The notes under the pieces are model-generated. The model searched no databases, had not been told where the DNA came from, and saw only the letters and a program-made list of their open reading frames with translations. Positions 27,943-37,807 of a stretch of DNA of 64,000 nt are shown in pieces. The position numbers and the translations under genes were made by a program. The stretch covers positions 28,209-92,208 of the forward strand of contig CAWFQK010000008.1 in NCBI GenBank assembly GCA_963817955.1, in the 5' to 3' direction. The number at the start of each line of letters is the position of its first letter. The first letter of the stretch is position 1. Source of the stretch: an uncultured Gemmatimonadaceae bacterium (lineage in GTDB: Bacteria; Gemmatimonadota; Gemmatimonadetes; Gemmatimonadales; Gemmatimonadaceae).

Positions 27943-30900
27943 TCAAGAGGACAGCAGCCCAATGCGCATGGCGAACGCGACGAGCTCGGCTCGCGTGTCG
28001 AGCCCGAGCTTGCGCATCGCCCGCGAGCGGTAGGTCTCGACGGTTTTCGGCGACAGAAAGAGCTTCTCACCGGCTTGCGCTGCCGTGTAGCCTTGCGCGG
28101 TGAGCGCCAGCACTTTGCGCTCGCGTTCGGACAGGTCGTGCAGGGCCGTAGCGGCGGCTTGCTCCGTCGGTACCCGGAGGCCGGCGCGGAGGAACTCCTT
28201 CAGCGACGGATCGATGAGCAGTTCACCGCGCGCCACGGCACGCAGCGAGGTCACCAGCTCGTCTTCATTGACTGTCTTGCGCAAATAACCACGTGCCCCG
28301 GCCCGGAGCGCGGCTGCCAGCGTGCCTGGCGCCTCGTCGGCTGTCAGGACCAGCACGATCGCGTCGTCCGCTTGTCCAACAATGCGCCGCGTTGCCTCCA
28401 CTCCGCCCATACCCGGCATCGACAGGTCCATGATCACGACGTCGGGATGTAGTTTCGGCACGAGATCTACCGCTTCTTCGCCTGTCGCCGCCTGGCCGAT
28501 GACGACCATACCGGATTGTTGATTGAGGAGCTGGACGAGTCCTGACCGTGTCAGCGGATGATCCTCGACGACGAGCACGCGAAGATCCTGCTGCACCACC
28601 GGTGGTACCACCACGGACGCCGGAGGCAGCGGCGTATCCGGCACAGCACCGCGCCAGATGGGCAGCGTGAAGCTGAATGTTGAGCCGCGGCCCAGTTCAC
28701 TCTCCACCCAGATCCGTCCCCGGTGCCCTTCGACGATGCCGTGCGCAATGGCTAACCCGAGACCTGCGCCAGTCTTGCGAGAGTGCGCGGCTTGCCAGAA
28801 ACGCTCGAACACGTGCGGGACGTCATCCGGCGAAATGCCGGGCCCCGTATCGCCCACCGAGAACACCACGTCGTCATCGCGCGCAACAGCCCGCAGCATG
28901 AGCTTTCCGCCGCCGGACATGAAGCGGATGGCGTTCCCAATGAGATTGGACAGCACTTGGTGGATGCGCTCCGGATCTGCGTAGACGCGCGGCAGCTCGC
29001 CATATTCCACGCGGAACTCGACGCCTTTGGCACGTGCAGATTCCTCGAACATCTCGCGCGCCGTGGTGAGCAGGTACTCGGCGCGCACCGGCTCCTGCTC
29101 CACCCGTAGGTGTCCAGACTCGAGCCGCGTGATGTCCATGAGATCGGTGATGAGACTGCCCATCGCGTCACCGGCGGCGCGAATCGCCCCGATGGCGCGA
29201 CGCCGATCGTCGGCCGACGCCGTCGCTTCATCGAGGCGGGCTGCCCAGCGCGAGATGGCTGCAAGCGGATTGCGTAGATCATGCGCGACGAACCCCAATA
29301 CCTCGTCACGCAAACGAGTGGCGGCTTTGGCGTTGTCGTACAGGCGAGCGTTGTCGATTGCCAGCGCCGACGATGTCGCCAGATCCTCCATCATGCGCAG
29401 ATCCTCAGACGCGTAGTGGCGGCCCGACTCCGTGGCGGCCACGGTGATGGCTCCGATGATTCGTCCGCGGGCCGCCAATGGAACGATCATCCACGAGACA
29501 GTGCCGAGCGCCCGGAGCATCTCGAGATGGGTGGCATCGCGCGCCATCCGCGTCAACACGTCGCTGCGCACGGTCGCCACCAATGAGGCCTGCCCGGTGC
29601 GAATGACACGACTGACCGGGTGATCGAACGAAAATGGCGCCAACGGATAGCGCGCCCGAATCTCGTTCAGAATCCGCTCTTTTTCCGAGTTCGCGGCCAC
29701 GGCTTCCACGGCGCGCACGATGCCCGTCGTGCTGTCGAGCAGATCGATGATGCACCAATCGGCAATTCGCGGCACCAGCAAGTGCGCGATCGTGCGAAGG
29801 ATCTCTTCCGAGTCCAGCGACGACGCCAGGACCTGGCTCGCTTCAGCGATGAATTCCGACGCCTCGCGCGCTCGCCGGCGCGCGGTGATATCCGGGACCT
29901 GCGACACGACGTACAGCGGCCGGCCATTCTGGTCGCACACCACGGTCCGCCTCAGGAGTGCCCAAACGACGTGTCCATCCTTATGGATATAGCGTTTCTC
30001 GATCTCGCAGGCCGTGATCTCGCCGGCAAATAAACGGCGCAACTGCTCAGTATCATCGTGCTCATCGTCCGGGTGTGTCACGGCGGCGGACGTCCGCTGC
30101 AGCAGTTCTGCCTCCGAATAGCCGAGCATATCACACAATGCGCGATTCACGCGCAGCCAGCGGCCCTCGGCGGTGACGACGCCCATGCCGAACGGCGCGT
30201 GGGTCATGGCGTTGCGGAACAGTTCTTCGCTGGCTCTGAGCGCCTCGTCTACGGCATCGCGCTCCGTGACGTCCTCGATCACGCCTACTACATGAGCCGG
30301 CGTGCCGGAGGATGTGCGCGATTCAATGCGAGTCGTCGCCTGAAAGGTGTGCTGCACGCCATTCACCGGCAGCGATCGGAACTTGATCGGCTGCACGTTG
30401 CCACTGCGATCGTGGAGGACCGCCTGGTAGGCCTCCTTCACGCGGTCGCGATCATCTTCGTGGACGCATGCGAAGAACTCGTCCATTGAAGGCGCGGGCC
30501 GGCCGGAATCGAAGTTGAAGAGCCGATACAACCCGTGGGACCACACCACTTGCTCCGTTGGTACATCCCACGACCAGGTACCTATCTGTCCCACGCGCTC
30601 GATTGCGTCGAGGAGGGCCGTCTGGCGCTGCTCGGCCCGCTCGGCACGCCTGAGCGCCACCGCGCAGCCCACCGCGGTGTTCAGCCGATCGCTGTCAAGT
30701 CCCTCGAGCGTGAGGCAGGCACTTGCTCCCGCGGCCATTGCCTCGGCGCACCGTCCGTCGTCCGCGTGCGGCAGGACGGCGAGGATCGGGGTTGCCGGCG
30801 CAGTGGTCGTCAGTTCGTGGATGGTATTGCTCCACATGCTGTCGGGAGAAGCCGCATCGACGAACACGATGTCTGCGTTCCCGACCGCGAGCGTCTGGCT

Positions 30901-31044
30901 GGATCGCGCGGTGATCGAAACCGAAGGCGCGTAGGGTGTGGAGGCCAGTGACTGCCGCAACATGGCGGCGAGGCGTTGCGCAGATTCTTGCTCCTGGGCC
31001 ACGATCAGGAATTCCAAGGGAGTTCCCTCATCGAGAGCTGGCAT
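27943..31044 (-). CDS. Hybrid sensor kinase-transcription factor: REC-like, PAS, PAS, GAF, HisKA, HATPase, REC, LuxR HTH
   Basis: VAHDLRNPL, NLIGNA, DTGPG, GLGL; VEDHP...VIMDLSMP...GYLRK; LSERERKVL...LFLSPKTVETYRSRAMRKLG. Confidence 0.92.
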   Translation of the reverse strand: MPALDEGTPLEFLIVAQEQESAQRLAAMLRQSLASTPYAPSVSITARSSQTLAVGNADIVFVDAASPDSMWSNTIHELTTTAPATPILAVLPHADDGRCAEAMAAGASACLTLEGLDSDRLNTAVGCAVALRRAERAEQRQTALLDAIERVGQIGTWSWDVPTEQVVWSHGLYRLFNFDSGRPAPSMDEFFACVHEDDRDRVKEAYQAVLHDRSGNVQPIKFRSLPVNGVQHTFQATTRIESRTSSGTPAHVVGVIEDVTERDAVDEALRASEELFRNAMTHAPFGMGVVTAEGRWLRVNRALCDMLGYSEAELLQRTSAAVTHPDDEHDDTEQLRRLFAGEITACEIEKRYIHKDGHVVWALLRRTVVCDQNGRPLYVVSQVPDITARRRAREASEFIAEASQVLASSLDSEEILRTIAHLLVPRIADWCIIDLLDSTTGIVRAVEAVAANSEKERILNEIRARYPLAPFSFDHPVSRVIRTGQASLVATVRSDVLTRMARDATHLEMLRALGTVSWMIVPLAARGRIIGAITVAATESGRHYASEDLRMMEDLATSSALAIDNARLYDNAKAATRLRDEVLGFVAHDLRNPLAAISRWAARLDEATASADDRRRAIGAIRAAGDAMGSLITDLMDITRLESGHLRVEQEPVRAEYLLTTAREMFEESARAKGVEFRVEYGELPRVYADPERIHQVLSNLIGNAIRFMSGGGKLMLRAVARDDDVVFSVGDTGPGISPDDVPHVFERFWQAAHSRKTGAGLGLAIAHGIVEGHRGRIWVESELGRGSTFSFTLPIWRGAVPDTPLPPASVVVPPVVQQDLRVLVVEDHPLTRSGLVQLLNQQSGMVVIGQAATGEEAVDLVPKLHPDVVIMDLSMPGMGGVEATRRIVGQADDAIVLVLTADEAPGTLAAALRAGARGYLRKTVNEDELVTSLRAVARGELLIDPSLKEFLRAGLRVPTEQAAATALHDLSERERKVLALTAQGYTAAQAGEKLFLSPKTVETYRSRAMRKLGLDTRAELVAFAMRIGLLSS

Positions 31045-31106
31045 AAGCGTGCCGGGTAAGTGGAATGGGCAACGCGGGAAATTGCTGAATCTGTTGGTAC
31101 AAGGCC

Positions 31107-31167
31107 AGCGGGAAAAGTTAGTCAGCAATTTCCCTAACAAGCAGACCCTGTCAGGAAAGATGTGTCA
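31107..31167. promoter_or_regulatory. Cluster of GTCAGGAAA-type operator-like boxes in the divergent regulator promoter
   Basis: AGCGGGAAAAGTTAGTCA, GTCAGCAATTTCCCTAAC, GTCAGGAAAGATGTGTCA; same motif family at 42597-42827. Confidence 0.55.
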
Positions 31168-31411
31168 GCCGACGGATCGTGCCGCATGGGTCAGCTATTT
31201 GCATAGGCCAACCCCAACGGTCTCATCGTGCCCTGAGGATATCCCTGTCCGCAGGTCGCCGGAAACCCACAGGAAACATTGAATCAAAGAGTCCCAATGC
31301 TCCCGGCAGTCGAATGCGACCGCGGCCATAAGTTTTGCTGTGTCGACGCAACATGGCCGTGGCGGCCATGTCTGGTCTGTTGGCATGTGAACCACAACCA
31401 TCGAGTCTCCA

Positions 31412-32917
31412 ATGGCGGTGACTGACCTCTCCCCTCGCGCAGCCAAGTCGTCCTCCCCACGCGACGGGGCGGGACCGCAACCGCTGCAGATTCTCGTCGT
31501 CGATGATGATCGGACGCTCCGCGAAGGGTGCGTCTCCATGCTCAAGAGCGACGGGTACATCGTCGCGTCGGAGGGCCGTGGCGACGATGCGCGTGAGCTC
31601 CTGCGCCGGCGTCACTTTGACATTGTCCTGCTGGATCTCTTCATGACGCCCGTGCCGGGCATGGAGATCCTGCAGGCCATTCGTCAGACCAGCCGCGAGA
31701 CCCTCGTGGTCATCATGACTGGGGAACCGTCGGTTGAGACGAATCTCGAGGCGCTCGATGCCGGTGCCTGGGAGTACATCCCTAAGCCGTTCAGTGCCAC
31801 GCAGTTACACATTCTGATGGGCCGAGCAGGGCACATCATCGAGTCGCGTCGCCAGGAGCGTGCACCTGAAGAGCCTGCCGCAAGCACTCCGCCCAATGCT
31901 GGAGGCCGCGGGGTGATCCTCGGGGCATCACCGGCCTTTCAGCGTGCGCTCGCTCTTGCGCGGAGGGTGGCTGCAACGGACGCGTCCGTTGTGCTCATCG
32001 GCGAGAGTGGAACAGGGAAGGAGATGATCGCCCGCTTCATTCACGCCCACAGTCGCCGAGCCAAGAAGACGCTGATGGCTGTGAACTGCGCCGCGCTTCC
32101 GGACGCACTCCTCGAGTCCGAGATGTTCGGACATCGGCGCGGCGCGTTCACCGGGGCCGACCGCGACAAGCCAGGACTGCTCGAAACGGCACATGACGGG
32201 ACGCTGTTTCTCGATGAGCTCACCGAAATGTCAGCCGCTATTCAGGCCAAGCTTCTTCGTGTGTTGCAGGATGGCCGGCTGCGCCGCGTTGGAAGCGAGG
32301 AGGAAGATCGCATTGTCGATGTCCGGATCATTTCGGCGACGAATCGTGATCCACAGCAAGCGGTGCGAGATGGCGTCCTCCGGCAGGATCTGTTCTTCCG
32401 GCTCTGGGTTTTTCCCATCCAGCTTCCTCCGCTCCGTGAACGGCCTGAAGATATCGCGCACCTCGCGCGCCACTTCGTCACTTTCTATTGGATGAAGCAT
32501 CGCGGCGCCGGAACGCGACCGCCCGTGCTCTCGCGCGATGCCTTGGAAGAGCTCATCAGCCGTCCGTGGCCCGGAAACGTGCGCGAACTCCAGAATTCGA
32601 TGGAGCGCCTTGGTGTAACGGCTGAGCCCGGCCAGATCATCGAGCCCGGCGATCTGCCCACGAGTGAAGAACCCATGCAGGCGGCGAGTACAGCCGTGAG
32701 TCCCATCACAGCTCCTCTCCTGACGGCCTCGTTCCACCTGGCGAAGGAGCAGCTCGTCGCTGGCTTCGAACGAACGTACCTGGAGCACTTGGTGCAGCGC
32801 GCCGATCGGAACCTGTCGCGCGCCGCGCGACTTGCCAGCATCGATCGAACGACTCTCTATAGACTTCTCGAAAAACATGGGCTCCAGCGCAGTGACTTCG
32901 TCGATACCCAGGCGTGA
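31412..32917 (+). CDS. Sigma54-dependent response regulator (NtrC family: REC, AAA+, Fis HTH)
   Basis: VVDDD, LLDL, GESGTGKE, ESEMFGH..GAFTGA, LFLDE, WPGNVREL, N.S.AAR...IDRTTLYR. Confidence 0.96.
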   Translation: MAVTDLSPRAAKSSSPRDGAGPQPLQILVVDDDRTLREGCVSMLKSDGYIVASEGRGDDARELLRRRHFDIVLLDLFMTPVPGMEILQAIRQTSRETLVVIMTGEPSVETNLEALDAGAWEYIPKPFSATQLHILMGRAGHIIESRRQERAPEEPAASTPPNAGGRGVILGASPAFQRALALARRVAATDASVVLIGESGTGKEMIARFIHAHSRRAKKTLMAVNCAALPDALLESEMFGHRRGAFTGADRDKPGLLETAHDGTLFLDELTEMSAAIQAKLLRVLQDGRLRRVGSEEEDRIVDVRIISATNRDPQQAVRDGVLRQDLFFRLWVFPIQLPPLRERPEDIAHLARHFVTFYWMKHRGAGTRPPVLSRDALEELISRPWPGNVRELQNSMERLGVTAEPGQIIEPGDLPTSEEPMQAASTAVSPITAPLLTASFHLAKEQLVAGFERTYLEHLVQRADRNLSRAARLASIDRTTLYRLLEKHGLQRSDFVDTQA

Positions 32918-33065
32918 CGACGTATCGCTGATTCCCTCGTCCGTCGAGCGCGTCGGACCTGACACGCTCGACGGCGGCGAGTCGCGCGAACGTTCGCGAG
33001 TACGTGAGGAGGTCGCCGTTCTCCAGCGGGTCGCCGCGCGTTGTCGGCCGCCAGCTGACGGTGTC

Positions 33066-34121
33066 ATGGCTGGCGAGCGCCAGCACGCGATGGAGGTGAT
33101 CGAGCATGCACTCACCAAGGCATTGCTCGGCTCGCCGTTCGAGATCGACAGCGATGTCTCCAGCGACGGACTGAACGCCGCGCTCGATCGTGTCCGCGGC
33201 GAGATACGCAGCGAGCTCGCCCGGCGAAGCCACCGGGCCTCGGCCGATCAGGTGATCCACATGTGGTCGGCGTTCGAAACGGTGGCGCAAGCACTCACCC
33301 GCCACCGGCGGACTGCCGATGTGCTGGGCGATGCGGAGTTGCAGTCGGTGAGTGAGGTGGTGCACGATCTGCGATCGCCCCTGTCATCGATTCTCTTGCT
33401 CTCCGACGCATTGTCGCAACGCTTTCACTCGCGCGGCGATGAAGTGGCGGATCGCCAAGCGGGTTTGATCCACGGCGCGGCGCTGGCGATGCACGGACTT
33501 GTCACTGACCTCCGCGACATGGCGCGCGGTGCGCAAGCGCTCATGGACCCATCGCCGGTGACGTTCTCTCTCTCTGAAGTGATGTCGACGATCGGCAGTC
33601 TGGTGCGGCCGCTCGCGGAGGAGAAGGGGCTCGCGTTCCGCGTCAGCATTCCCGAACGCGTCATCGCCATCGGATACCCTACCGCACTCACCCGCGTACT
33701 CCTCAATCTGGTGACGAACGGGCTCAAGTTCACGGACTCGGGATTCGTCGACATCACGGTGAGTTTTGCGACCCCCGACATAGGGCGATTCACCATCCGG
33801 GACAGCGGAGATGGGCTGCCGGCGAGAATCACTGCACTGGTCGAGAACGCGTTGCCGCTTCGCACAAGGGCCGGCCCGGCCACTGTCAGCGGTGAGTTCG
33901 GCGTGGGTCTTGGCCTTTCGCTCTGCGTGCGGCTCGTGCATCTGATGCGGGGCACAATCCGCGTGCAGGAGACCGGTCGTACGGGAAGCTGCTTCGTCGT
34001 CGAGGTACCGCTCACCATTCCCGCGGCATCCAACACTGCCCCTTGGCCAGCGCCGCCGCAATTCGTCGTCGGCGGCCAATGCGCCGACATCAGCTATTCC
34101 GACGATTCGGGTATGCGCTGA
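33066..34121 (+). CDS. Soluble histidine kinase (start uncertain; frame open from 32832)
   Basis: VVHDLRSPL, NLVTNGLKFT, DSGDG, GLGL; no TM seen. Confidence 0.85.
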   Translation: MAGERQHAMEVIEHALTKALLGSPFEIDSDVSSDGLNAALDRVRGEIRSELARRSHRASADQVIHMWSAFETVAQALTRHRRTADVLGDAELQSVSEVVHDLRSPLSSILLLSDALSQRFHSRGDEVADRQAGLIHGAALAMHGLVTDLRDMARGAQALMDPSPVTFSLSEVMSTIGSLVRPLAEEKGLAFRVSIPERVIAIGYPTALTRVLLNLVTNGLKFTDSGFVDITVSFATPDIGRFTIRDSGDGLPARITALVENALPLRTRAGPATVSGEFGVGLGLSLCVRLVHLMRGTIRVQETGRTGSCFVVEVPLTIPAASNTAPWPAPPQFVVGGQCADISYSDDSGMR

Positions 34122-34145
34122 GCGCGGCGCGGTCGCGCGGCGCGC

Positions 34146-34949
34146 TCAGTGCTTGCGTCCGCGAACCGCGACCGCGAAGCGAGTCTTCTCCACGCCGAGT
34201 TGGTCAGCGAATACGAGTGGCCTCAGGAATGGAGCCATGAACGCCTGAAGCACCTTGTTACGCGTGGTCGGCTGGAATGGAAGACAGAAGAGGCTCGTCG
34301 CCAGTTCTCCGGTGAAGTACCCGAACGTCGGCAGATATTCGGTAACGGTCAGTCCCGCCTGTCCCACCAATGCGACGAACTCCTCCGCCGAGCGTTCGTC
34401 CGCGGTGTGCTCATGCTCGGCCCAATCATGAAACCCGCCGAGCCGTGTAGAGAATGGCACCGGAGTGCGGCGTATGGTCGGCACATGGAAAAAGAAATGG
34501 CCGCCGCTCACGAGTGTGCGACGGAGCGCTTCCATTACCGCCTGCTGCTCGACGATGTGCTCGAGCACGTCGATCGACACTACAAGATCAAACCGTCCTA
34601 CCCAGGGAAGGGACCTCAGGTCGCGAACCTCGAATGAAACATTCCTGATTCCAAGTGCCGACGCGATGCGCTGGTTCATAGCGATCCGCGACTCGTCGAT
34701 ATCCAGCCCCACGACCGTTGCGTTGGGGTAGCGCTGCGCCAGGTAGATCGTGTGGTCTCCCCGTCCACACCCTGCGTCCAGGATATTCCGCGGGCTTGCG
34801 CCTCCCATTCGCGACAGCGCCCCGCGCAGATAGAGATGGTGGAGGTAGTGCGCAGGGTCGGCGACACCCATGGTCCGAAACAGCAGACGCTCCGCGGCGC
34901 CCGCATCTGGATGAACTAGTCGCCGTACGCCAAATCGTGGAGTAGTCAT
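34146..34949 (-). CDS. Class I SAM-dependent methyltransferase
   Basis: ILDAGCGRG, GLDID, FDLV...DVLEH. Confidence 0.9.
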   Translation of the reverse strand: MTTPRFGVRRLVHPDAGAAERLLFRTMGVADPAHYLHHLYLRGALSRMGGASPRNILDAGCGRGDHTIYLAQRYPNATVVGLDIDESRIAMNQRIASALGIRNVSFEVRDLRSLPWVGRFDLVVSIDVLEHIVEQQAVMEALRRTLVSGGHFFFHVPTIRRTPVPFSTRLGGFHDWAEHEHTADERSAEEFVALVGQAGLTVTEYLPTFGYFTGELATSLFCLPFQPTTRNKVLQAFMAPFLRPLVFADQLGVEKTRFAVAVRGRKH

Positions 34950-34989
34950 ATTCTCGTGTCCCGTGTTTGAATTCTTATTTACCGCAGAA

Positions 34990-35283
34990 GACGAAACAGC
35001 CTTTTAACGCAGAGGTCGCAGAGAACTGCAAGAGAGAACTGCAAGAGAACTGCAAGAGAGAACTGCAAGCCTACGGAAGAGGGAAGCGCGTATCGGTGGA
35101 ATGAGCCGTGATTGCCGAGTCCACAATCATTCCGCTCATATCGCTATTGATCCCGACCTGGGAGATACCATCGGAGCGTCACGACAGCATCAGCCAAGAC
35201 GTCCAGGCGAGATAATCCTTCACGGTCCTCTGCAGTCCTCTGCAGCTCTCTCTGCGACCTCTGCGCTAAATAGCTGTTTCGTC
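34990..35283. repeat. Inverted pair of REP-like elements with internal (GAGAACTGCAA)n repeats around a ~145-bp spacer
   Basis: GACGAAACAGC...CGCAGAGGTCGCAGAG at 34990 and its reverse complement ending at 35283; third copy at 57002-57089. Confidence 0.85.
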
Positions 35284-35297
35284 CTCTCCCGTGTCCC

Positions 35298-36389
35298 TCA
35301 CTTGGTGCTCACGTAGATGTGGTCGAACCGCATCCACTGTGCGGCGGCGAGTCGGTCACCGCCGCCGCCCCAGATTGGTTCGATATCGATCATCATGAAT
35401 GGCTGCGATTCGCCCGCCGCGAGGTATTGGACGTCGGTGTAACGGCCGACTTCCACACCATCCATCCACAGATGGAATTCGCCATCCCGCATGCCCGGCG
35501 TATTCGCTTTCACGACCATTTCCCACCGCTGCCACGCGCCCGGCACCACGTGGCCTCCGTTGCTCAGATTCGGCGGCAGCACCTCGCGTCCGCGCTGCAG
35601 ATCGTCGGGAGTTCCTTGGAGCCGTCCGCTTGGCTGCAGCGCGTCGCTCCGTGAGCCTTCGGCGGATACGAAGAAGCGCGGCTGGCCATTGATCCAGACG
35701 AAGAGCACCTTGTTGGTGCCCGTACTGTGCGCCTGCCAATTCGCAGACAGCTGGACCCAGACGCTCAGATACACTGACTGCGCCGGCGTGTCGAGCCAGC
35801 GCTGAAGGCGGCCTGGTGTGGCGGCACTACTCCCGCCCGTCGTACCTGCCGCATAGGACGCTTGCAGCACTCCTGGGGGAGAGCGTGGGGCGAGTGGATC
35901 ATTCGCAATGGAGAGATTTGGAAACTGACTCTCCTCGTGGGCGTCCCAACCCTGCATCCCCACTGTGTCCGAGGGAGATGTCGCCAGGCGCGAAAAATCG
36001 CGTTCGGTCAGCAGATGGAAGCCGTCTGGCTGATGTGGCCATGGTTCGACGAACACCGATTCGGTGTGCGACACTGCATCGGCGGTGATGGTCACCGCGG
36101 TTGCGCCGTAACTCACGCCGGAAATCGTGCCCGTTGACGAAACCTGTGCGACGGCCGGCGCGGCAATGCTGAAGCGCGCCGGGTAGTTCGAAAGCACGTG
36201 CCCAGAAGCATCGAGCACGGAATAGTCGAGCGGCACCTGTTCCGTGGTGTCGAGCGCGACGGCTTCCAGGCGAATACTGGCCGCGCGGTTATCGGTGACC
36301 GCTGGAGGCCCCCCGCCGCCGCCGCAGGAGCCGGCGAGAGGAGACGCGATGACGGTCGCGTAGGCGCTCAGAAACTGGCGAAACCACAT
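35298..36389 (-). CDS. Putative lipoprotein: Ig-like domain plus beta-jelly-roll (polysaccharide lyase/lectin-like) domain
   Basis: LAGSC lipobox-like motif, Big_2-like VA.VS..G.ISGV..G; C-terminal domain very similar to the C-terminus of 39280..42336. Confidence 0.7.
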   Translation of the reverse strand: MWFRQFLSAYATVIASPLAGSCGGGGGPPAVTDNRAASIRLEAVALDTTEQVPLDYSVLDASGHVLSNYPARFSIAAPAVAQVSSTGTISGVSYGATAVTITADAVSHTESVFVEPWPHQPDGFHLLTERDFSRLATSPSDTVGMQGWDAHEESQFPNLSIANDPLAPRSPPGVLQASYAAGTTGGSSAATPGRLQRWLDTPAQSVYLSVWVQLSANWQAHSTGTNKVLFVWINGQPRFFVSAEGSRSDALQPSGRLQGTPDDLQRGREVLPPNLSNGGHVVPGAWQRWEMVVKANTPGMRDGEFHLWMDGVEVGRYTDVQYLAAGESQPFMMIDIEPIWGGGGDRLAAAQWMRFDHIYVSTK

Positions 36390-36400
36390 TGTCACGACAT

Positions 36401-37594
36401 TCACGGAGTTCCTACATTGTTGGATGTTGCACGCTGAGCGCGTGCCACGAACCCGCGCGGGACCGCACACGCCAGCGTTCCGCGCGATGCCAACGCATGC
36501 TGTACGGCGTGCCCCACCTGGCTTGCGAGCAACGTTGCGCCGGCATCGGTGAAGTGCGCGTATTCTTCGAACAGCCGCGTGCCCTGGCTGACCATGCGAT
36601 CGTGCATGATGCGCTGCGCATCCACCACGACCACGGCCGAATCGCGCGCTACCTGGAGCGTGACGTCACGGGCTGCCGAGTCGAACGCGACGATCGTGGC
36701 GCCCGTGGCGCGGGGGTAGAAGCGCTCCCAGCGTGCGAGGAGCCCCGCGTCGCGCGCCCGTCCTGGCGGGAACGCGTTGCCATGGGTGGCGAGCACCGGT
36801 ATTGCGCCCACGTCGCGGATGGTGCCGACGAGGGTGCGAAGATCAGCATCGTATGCGGCGAGGCGATCGGCCGGAATCGTATTCCACCGCCACCCGGCCG
36901 GCCGCCCGCGCAGCATACGCTGCGTGTCGCGGCGCCGCAGCCAGTCGGCGACCGGTGCCGGGAGCAGCGCTTTTGCCTGGTCGCGGAGTCGGGTGACCAT
37001 ACGCAGATGGAACCGCGTGGCAAGGGATGTCGCAGGCACATGTGCCGAGCTGTCTGGGCGTGCGGCGCGTGGTACCTCATCGTCCAGATAGTGCGGCGGT
37101 GTAGGGTACGCTACGATCACGTCAGGATGCGTGGCGGCTACGCGGAGACGTACGTCCTGGGCCACGGTGGGCAGGGACATACCAAAGATGGCGGCGTTCA
37201 GCACTTCCACGCGGTCGTACGGTTGCTGTGGACAATCGCCTGCCATCAACGAACGAAGGGTGTCCTCCAACTGGCGCGGGTATTCTCGTCCGTCCGACTC
37301 ATAGAGACCAAACGTCTCCGATGCGCCGATCGTCGCCACACGGAGCGTCGTGGACGGCTTGGCAAGGCGTACCTCCGGGCCGCGCATGCCGAGTCCATTG
37401 AGCACGAACTGCTCGTACTGCGCGTGCGGACGTCCATGCATGCCGGCCGCGTCGCGAACCACGAGATCCTCCTGGTCGCGCACAGTCGAGAGCATGGGCA
37501 TGCCATAGCGGAGACGGTCCTCCACGCGGCACGTGAGCTCGAAGCTGACGAGGAATGCAAAGAGCAACGATGAGACGAGCGCCACAAGTTTCAT
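36401..37594 (-). CDS. SGNH-hydrolase-like membrane-anchored protein (probable polysaccharide O-acyltransferase partner)
   Basis: N-terminal TM, N..GMRG, IGASETFG, VLNAAIFG, EYAHFT.AG. Confidence 0.75.
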   Translation of the reverse strand: MKLVALVSSLLFAFLVSFELTCRVEDRLRYGMPMLSTVRDQEDLVVRDAAGMHGRPHAQYEQFVLNGLGMRGPEVRLAKPSTTLRVATIGASETFGLYESDGREYPRQLEDTLRSLMAGDCPQQPYDRVEVLNAAIFGMSLPTVAQDVRLRVAATHPDVIVAYPTPPHYLDDEVPRAARPDSSAHVPATSLATRFHLRMVTRLRDQAKALLPAPVADWLRRRDTQRMLRGRPAGWRWNTIPADRLAAYDADLRTLVGTIRDVGAIPVLATHGNAFPPGRARDAGLLARWERFYPRATGATIVAFDSAARDVTLQVARDSAVVVVDAQRIMHDRMVSQGTRLFEEYAHFTDAGATLLASQVGHAVQHALASRGTLACAVPRGFVARAQRATSNNVGTP

Positions 37595-37807
37595 GGCCAG
37601 TCACCGCCTGGAGAACGAAGTGTTGCGTGAACGCCACGATCTGCGGCGCCGGTTCAACGCAATGCGCGCGAAAATGCGTGCATCACGCCATACGGCAGGG
37701 TTGCTTTGCAGGGAGTGTGCGCGGTCGGCCCGCGGGCGCGCGCGGCATCGGGGATGCGTTACGGCGACGCGTCGTCGTCCGTTGCCGTCCTCCTGCGCCC
37801 GACACCG

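Noticed and set aside
35101..35316. 71-aa ORF inside the inverted repeat element
   Set aside because: Runs through the repeat arm, has no recognisable motif and overlaps the end of a convergent gene
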